NCBI GenBank assembly: GCA_022605425.2
Contig: CM061256.1
Span: 124,001-188,000 of the forward strand
DNA from: Hamiltosporidium tvaerminnensis FI-OER-3-3
Lineage: Eukaryota; Fungi; Microsporidia
Length of the DNA: 64,000 nt
Reading direction: 5' to 3'
The first letter of the stretch is position 1. Each line of letters begins with the position of its first letter. The position numbers were made by a program, and so were the translations under genes. The notes beneath the pieces were generated by a model. It searched no databases and had not been told where the DNA came from. It saw only the letters and a program-made list of their open reading frames with translations. Positions 60,246 to 64,000 of this stretch are shown here, one piece after another.

Positions 60246-60465
60246 GGTTGAGGGGAGGAAAACACACCAAGACTTATCTGGTTGTCAATGAGTGTGATTT
60301 TTATGTGAAAATCATTGTTGACATTTTGGTTGAATATAAACGACACTGGATCTATAGGCCAATCCCATATAATCACCAGCTAGAACATATTTAAGGAAAC
60401 AAATCGAAAACTTTTATTTTTTCATCCTCACCATCGAGAGGTAAAAGCGGAATGTAATGAATATA
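60246..60465 (+). mobile_element. Short non-coding repeat family B copy
   Basis: GGTTGAGGGGAGGAAAAC...GTTGTCAATGAGTGTGA...AAATCATTGTTGACATTTTGG...GATCTATAGGCCAATCCCATATAATC...GAGAGGTAAAAGCGGAATG. Confidence 0.75.
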
Positions 60466-60817
60466 TACGTAACTGTTTTATGAATGAAGGATCATATTTA
60501 AAAGAAATGCAGATGAGAACAAAAATATAAAACAAGTGATTAAAAACATATCTAATCTAAGCCAAAATTCAGATTTCAGGCAAGAGACAAGTTTTTTTAA
60601 CTAAATAAACACTAAAATCTTTCTATCTCTAAATACAGATTATAATTCATAAATAATCCGATGAGTCAAAGTATAGAAATAGTATCGAATATGAATTATG
60701 TTCTAAATCAAAGATAGAGAGGTCTTGGAATCTCGAAAGAGACCGCTCGCTCTGAAAGGAAACAAAAATATTGTGAATAGCAAATATGCCCTTATTTATT
60801 TGTCATTGCTTTCTTTC

Positions 60818-61029
60818 GATTTGCTAGTGATGCATATTTTTTGAGGGGTTATAAATTTATTTGTTTAAAAATTTATTTTATCGGTGGATTTGCTAGTGAT
60901 GCATATTTTTTGAGGGGTTATAAATTTATTTGTTTAAAAATTTATTTTATCGGTGGATTTGCTAGTGATGCATATTTTTTGAGGGGTTATAAATTTATTT
61001 GTTTAAAAATTTATTTTATCGGTGGATTT
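60818..61029. repeat. Perfect 3 x 69-bp tandem repeat
   Basis: Unit GATTTGCTAGTGATGCATATTTTTTGAGGGGTTATAAATTTATTTGTTTAAAAATTTATTTTATCGGTG starts at 60818, 60887 and 60956. Confidence 0.95.
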
Positions 61030-61473
61030 CTACTCCAAAAATAAGCAATAAAATACAAGTAAAATATTAGGATAAATAATCTGCTTCAAATATTTAAATT
61101 GTATATTTTGGTTAAAAAAAAAGTCTAATAAGTCATATATTTATGATTATTTAACTTTTTTCCAAATTTAGTTATTGTTTTCTTAAACATAATATTTTTT
61201 TATAAAATTATACTTCGATTTTTCATAATTTAAAAATTTTTAAATGAAAACTAAGATTTTTAAATTTATCCTTCTCTTCTAAGAAATACAATTTATAAAT
61301 TCAACAAAAAGTTTATTCTCATAATTCAAATACATCCAAAATAATAATAATAATAATCAGTAAATTTTATTTAATTATAATAATTTTAAATTAAATAAAA
61401 TACTGTTTAAAAGAAAAATTGTATTTAAAGTTTATTATCCTAACCTTAAAAAACCTTATTATATAGAAGAAAA

Positions 61474-61732
61474 AAAATCATATTATTTTTTTTAAAGATT
61501 TATTAATTATATAAAATTCCTATATTTACATAACAAATAAAATCATATTAATTTTTTTTTAAAGATTTATTAATTATATATAAAATTCCTATATTTACAT
61601 AACAAATAAAATCATATTATTTTTTTTAAAGATTTATTAATTATATATAAAATTCCTATATTTACATAACAAATAAAATCATATTAATTTTTTTTTAAAG
61701 ATTTATTAATTATATAAAACATTCCTATATTT
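61474..61732. repeat. ~4 x 65-69-bp tandem repeat downstream of the Pumilio gene
   Basis: Unit AAAATCATATTA(T)nAAAGATTTATTAATTATAT(AT)AAAATTCCTATATTTACATAACAAAT starts at 61474, 61539, 61608 and 61675. Confidence 0.92.
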
Positions 61733-61811
61733 CAACCACATCAATAAAATAAGCTACGCATAAAAACCTTATTTTCAAAAAAACTATAAATAAGATATTT
61801 TTTTTCCATTT

Positions 61812-63488
61812 TCAAAAAATTTTAGAAGTAATATGTTTGGCATACACCGACCTTTTAAGTTCTACAGAATATGGCTTAACACATTCAACAAATTTCTCCT
61901 TAGAATTTACATCCAAAACTTCCAACAATCTCTGCACAACATAATTAGCAAACTTATCCATACACATTGTCACCAACAAAGGCTTATCATTTTTCTTTAC
62001 AACAAATTTTTCTAGAAATTTAATTCTATCCAAATCATTTCCCTCAACAATACATTTCTCAATAACATTACTAGCAAATTTATGAGTACTAAGTTCATAT
62101 GAGTTATTAATAACACGTTCCATAATAATACTCCTCTCCCCATTTCTCCCATGTTCTATCAAATGTTGAATTACATAATTTCCATACTGATTCTCTATCA
62201 AATCTTCTGTATTTTCTAAAATAAGATTTATCATTTTAGAACATTCATTATTAATACTGAATTCAAATAATCTTTGTATAACCCTACATCCATACCTATG
62301 CTTAGCAAGTTTACATGCGTGCTGTTCAAATTCTTTTATAACGAAATCTCTATTTTCTACTTTTTCTACACATTTTTGAACAACATGGTTACCATTTTGA
62401 TCTTCAATTAATCCTAAAATATTTCCTTTTAATTCTTCCACAATATCATCCAAAGGACTGATCATATCCAATACTTTTTGAATAACTCTGCATCCATACA
62501 TGTGTAATGAAAGTGATACAATTCTTCCTTTCAATCGTTGTAGTATTTCTTGTCTTTGTCTGTTGACACACAAATCAAATAATTTTTGGATGACATAATT
62601 TCCAAATAGATCGGTTGTAAGTTCTAAAACTGCTTCTTCTATTTGAGAAAGAAACCAAATTCTTTCTATTTCTGTTCCTTCTTCAAGTCGTTTTTGTATA
62701 AAACGAGAACCTTCTTGATCTCTGCTTAGATCTATACAAAAAGTTTTGGCAAGAAAATCTTGATCAAAATTGTAGAGAAATTCTGTATTTTTATTGAAGG
62801 GTGAATCTTGAGTTGAGGAAGTTTTAATACCAAATTTTAAAATATCTTCTTTAAAACCAAGATAAAGTGGTTTTAGAAGTGAATCCTCTTGTGCTTGTAG
62901 TGGTGCTTTATAAGTCTCATCAGAAAAAATACTGGCTAAAATTGGAGTTGGAGATTCAAATCCCATGGCATTTCCTATGGGTGTTGTAGTACGAGAAGGT
63001 CCTTTATATTCACTACTTTTTTCTGAATACGGATGGTCTTCATCTATTCGGTCCAAAAGACTTGGGGCATGTGTTTTTCGTATAGAAATCGTATTTACCG
63101 TTTCTGATAGTAAAGGTGCTTTACTAGAAGTACTACTGAATGCTCCTCGAACCAGACTAGCATTACTGTTATCGCCATACGGAAACGAACTTTGTCCCAA
63201 CATATAAAAATTTGGTGGCGGTAATCTCGGTTCATTACGACTGTTTCTCCTATAATAAGCAGCATAATTTATCTCATTGTTAAGTTCCTCCAAATTTATA
63301 TGTTCATCCTCTACAAGCATTTTCTCTACGGGTGGTGCAGACGTACACCTCGTATTGAAACTCTCATTGTATAACCGATTAGTAACACGAAAAACATTAT
63401 TTTCAAAATCTGTGTCATTTTCACCATTTTTATTATCATTTTTTTGTTTAAATTTATTGATGAAGCTTTTTCTTTTATCAAAACTCAT
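61812..63488 (-). CDS. PUF3: Pumilio/Puf3-type RNA-binding protein (8 Puf repeats)
   Basis: Recognition motifs SRxxQ, NYxxQ, CRxxQ, NHxxQ, CRxxQ, NYxxQ, SNxxE, NYxxQ, the canonical PUM1/Puf3 set for UGUANAUA. C-terminal cap YAKHI. Confidence 0.93.
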   Translation of the reverse strand: MSFDKRKSFINKFKQKNDNKNGENDTDFENNVFRVTNRLYNESFNTRCTSAPPVEKMLVEDEHINLEELNNEINYAAYYRRNSRNEPRLPPPNFYMLGQSSFPYGDNSNASLVRGAFSSTSSKAPLLSETVNTISIRKTHAPSLLDRIDEDHPYSEKSSEYKGPSRTTTPIGNAMGFESPTPILASIFSDETYKAPLQAQEDSLLKPLYLGFKEDILKFGIKTSSTQDSPFNKNTEFLYNFDQDFLAKTFCIDLSRDQEGSRFIQKRLEEGTEIERIWFLSQIEEAVLELTTDLFGNYVIQKLFDLCVNRQRQEILQRLKGRIVSLSLHMYGCRVIQKVLDMISPLDDIVEELKGNILGLIEDQNGNHVVQKCVEKVENRDFVIKEFEQHACKLAKHRYGCRVIQRLFEFSINNECSKMINLILENTEDLIENQYGNYVIQHLIEHGRNGERSIIMERVINNSYELSTHKFASNVIEKCIVEGNDLDRIKFLEKFVVKKNDKPLLVTMCMDKFANYVVQRLLEVLDVNSKEKFVECVKPYSVELKRSVYAKHITSKIF

Positions 63489-63508
63489 CGTATATTTTTT
63501 CTTTCAAA

Positions 63509-63512
63509 GGGG
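63509..63512 (-). promoter_or_regulatory. CCC-like motif upstream of the Pumilio ATG
   Basis: Minus-strand ACACCCCTTTG, 21-24 nt upstream of ATG 63488. Confidence 0.55.
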
Positions 63513-64000
63513 TGTTTTTCTCTTAAATATTTTTTTTTCTTTAAAAATCATATTCGAGAAAAAAAAATCATTATCAGTGAATTATTATTGCTTTATTAAA
63601 AAAAGGAGAATATAAAAATTATTCTTTATTTGGAAATAAAGGAGACATTTTGTGATAAAAAAAAATCTTTAGATTGGTCGAATTCCTTATTTTGTTTATT
63701 TCTAATTATGTTTGGATTGTTTTGTTCGTAACAGAATTTTATTTGTCATTTGAAATGTTTGAATTTATTTATTTCATAAATAATTTTAATTTGAAATAAA
63801 TACAATAATTTCTTTTATTTAGTAAGATTACAGATAAAATAGTGTTAAATAGAAATATTAAGAATAAGAAGTTTTTAAGAAGAAATAATTGGTTATTTAA
63901 TTTTTTTAAAACAAATTCTCCCCTTTTAAAACGTTTCCTCTTCTTTTGTTACGATTTAGTTGTAACGAAATTTAAAAATATTTTCCTTTAAAAATAAATA

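Noticed and set aside
60348-60372. TATAGGCCAATC in family B reading as the RT motif YRPI
   Set aside because: The flanking sequence does not continue the RT frame; likely coincidence.
60657-60760. C/D snoRNA, U3 or U4 reading (CGATGA...CTGA; AGAGCGAG; TTGCTAG + T-run)
   Set aside because: Box C is imperfect, no recognisable rRNA guide, and the other required boxes or k-turn are missing. Kept only as a generic ncRNA candidate.
60818-61029. CRISPR-like array, or the 67-aa repeat ORF 60841-61044
   Set aside because: Units are identical head-to-tail with no spacers, in a eukaryotic context. The ORF starts at TTG and exists only because 69 is a multiple of 3.

Overview
This is very AT-rich, gene-sparse eukaryotic DNA with intronless ORFs and short CCC motifs just upstream of start codons. 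It is most consistent with a large-genome microsporidian; Hamiltosporidium-like is my inference, not verified. Host genes are a GH37 trehalase with a signal-peptide-like N-terminus, a Puf3/Pumilio RNA-binding protein, two small hypothetical proteins, and five paralogous ~780-820 aa signal-peptide + LRR genes (one frameshifted). Mobile DNA includes two intact R4/Dong-clade non-LTR retrotransposons (RT + restriction-like endonuclease) whose 12-14 bp target-site duplications show almost no 5' UTR (3 and 7 nt). There is also a 98-bp 5'-truncated copy with a TSD, several older relics, two hAT Buster/Charlie-type MITEs and a probable piggyBac relic. The most notable unexplained feature is a ~730-bp non-coding, hairpin-rich repeat (6 copies) and a ~225-bp sister family with the same ~115-nt head (3 copies). 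One copy has a perfect 12-bp TSD and an R4-like 3' end, which suggests a SINE-like structured RNA that is not tRNA-derived and is mobilised by the R4 element. A tandem repeat downstream of the Pumilio gene triplicates a canonical Pumilio binding site alternating with polyA signals.
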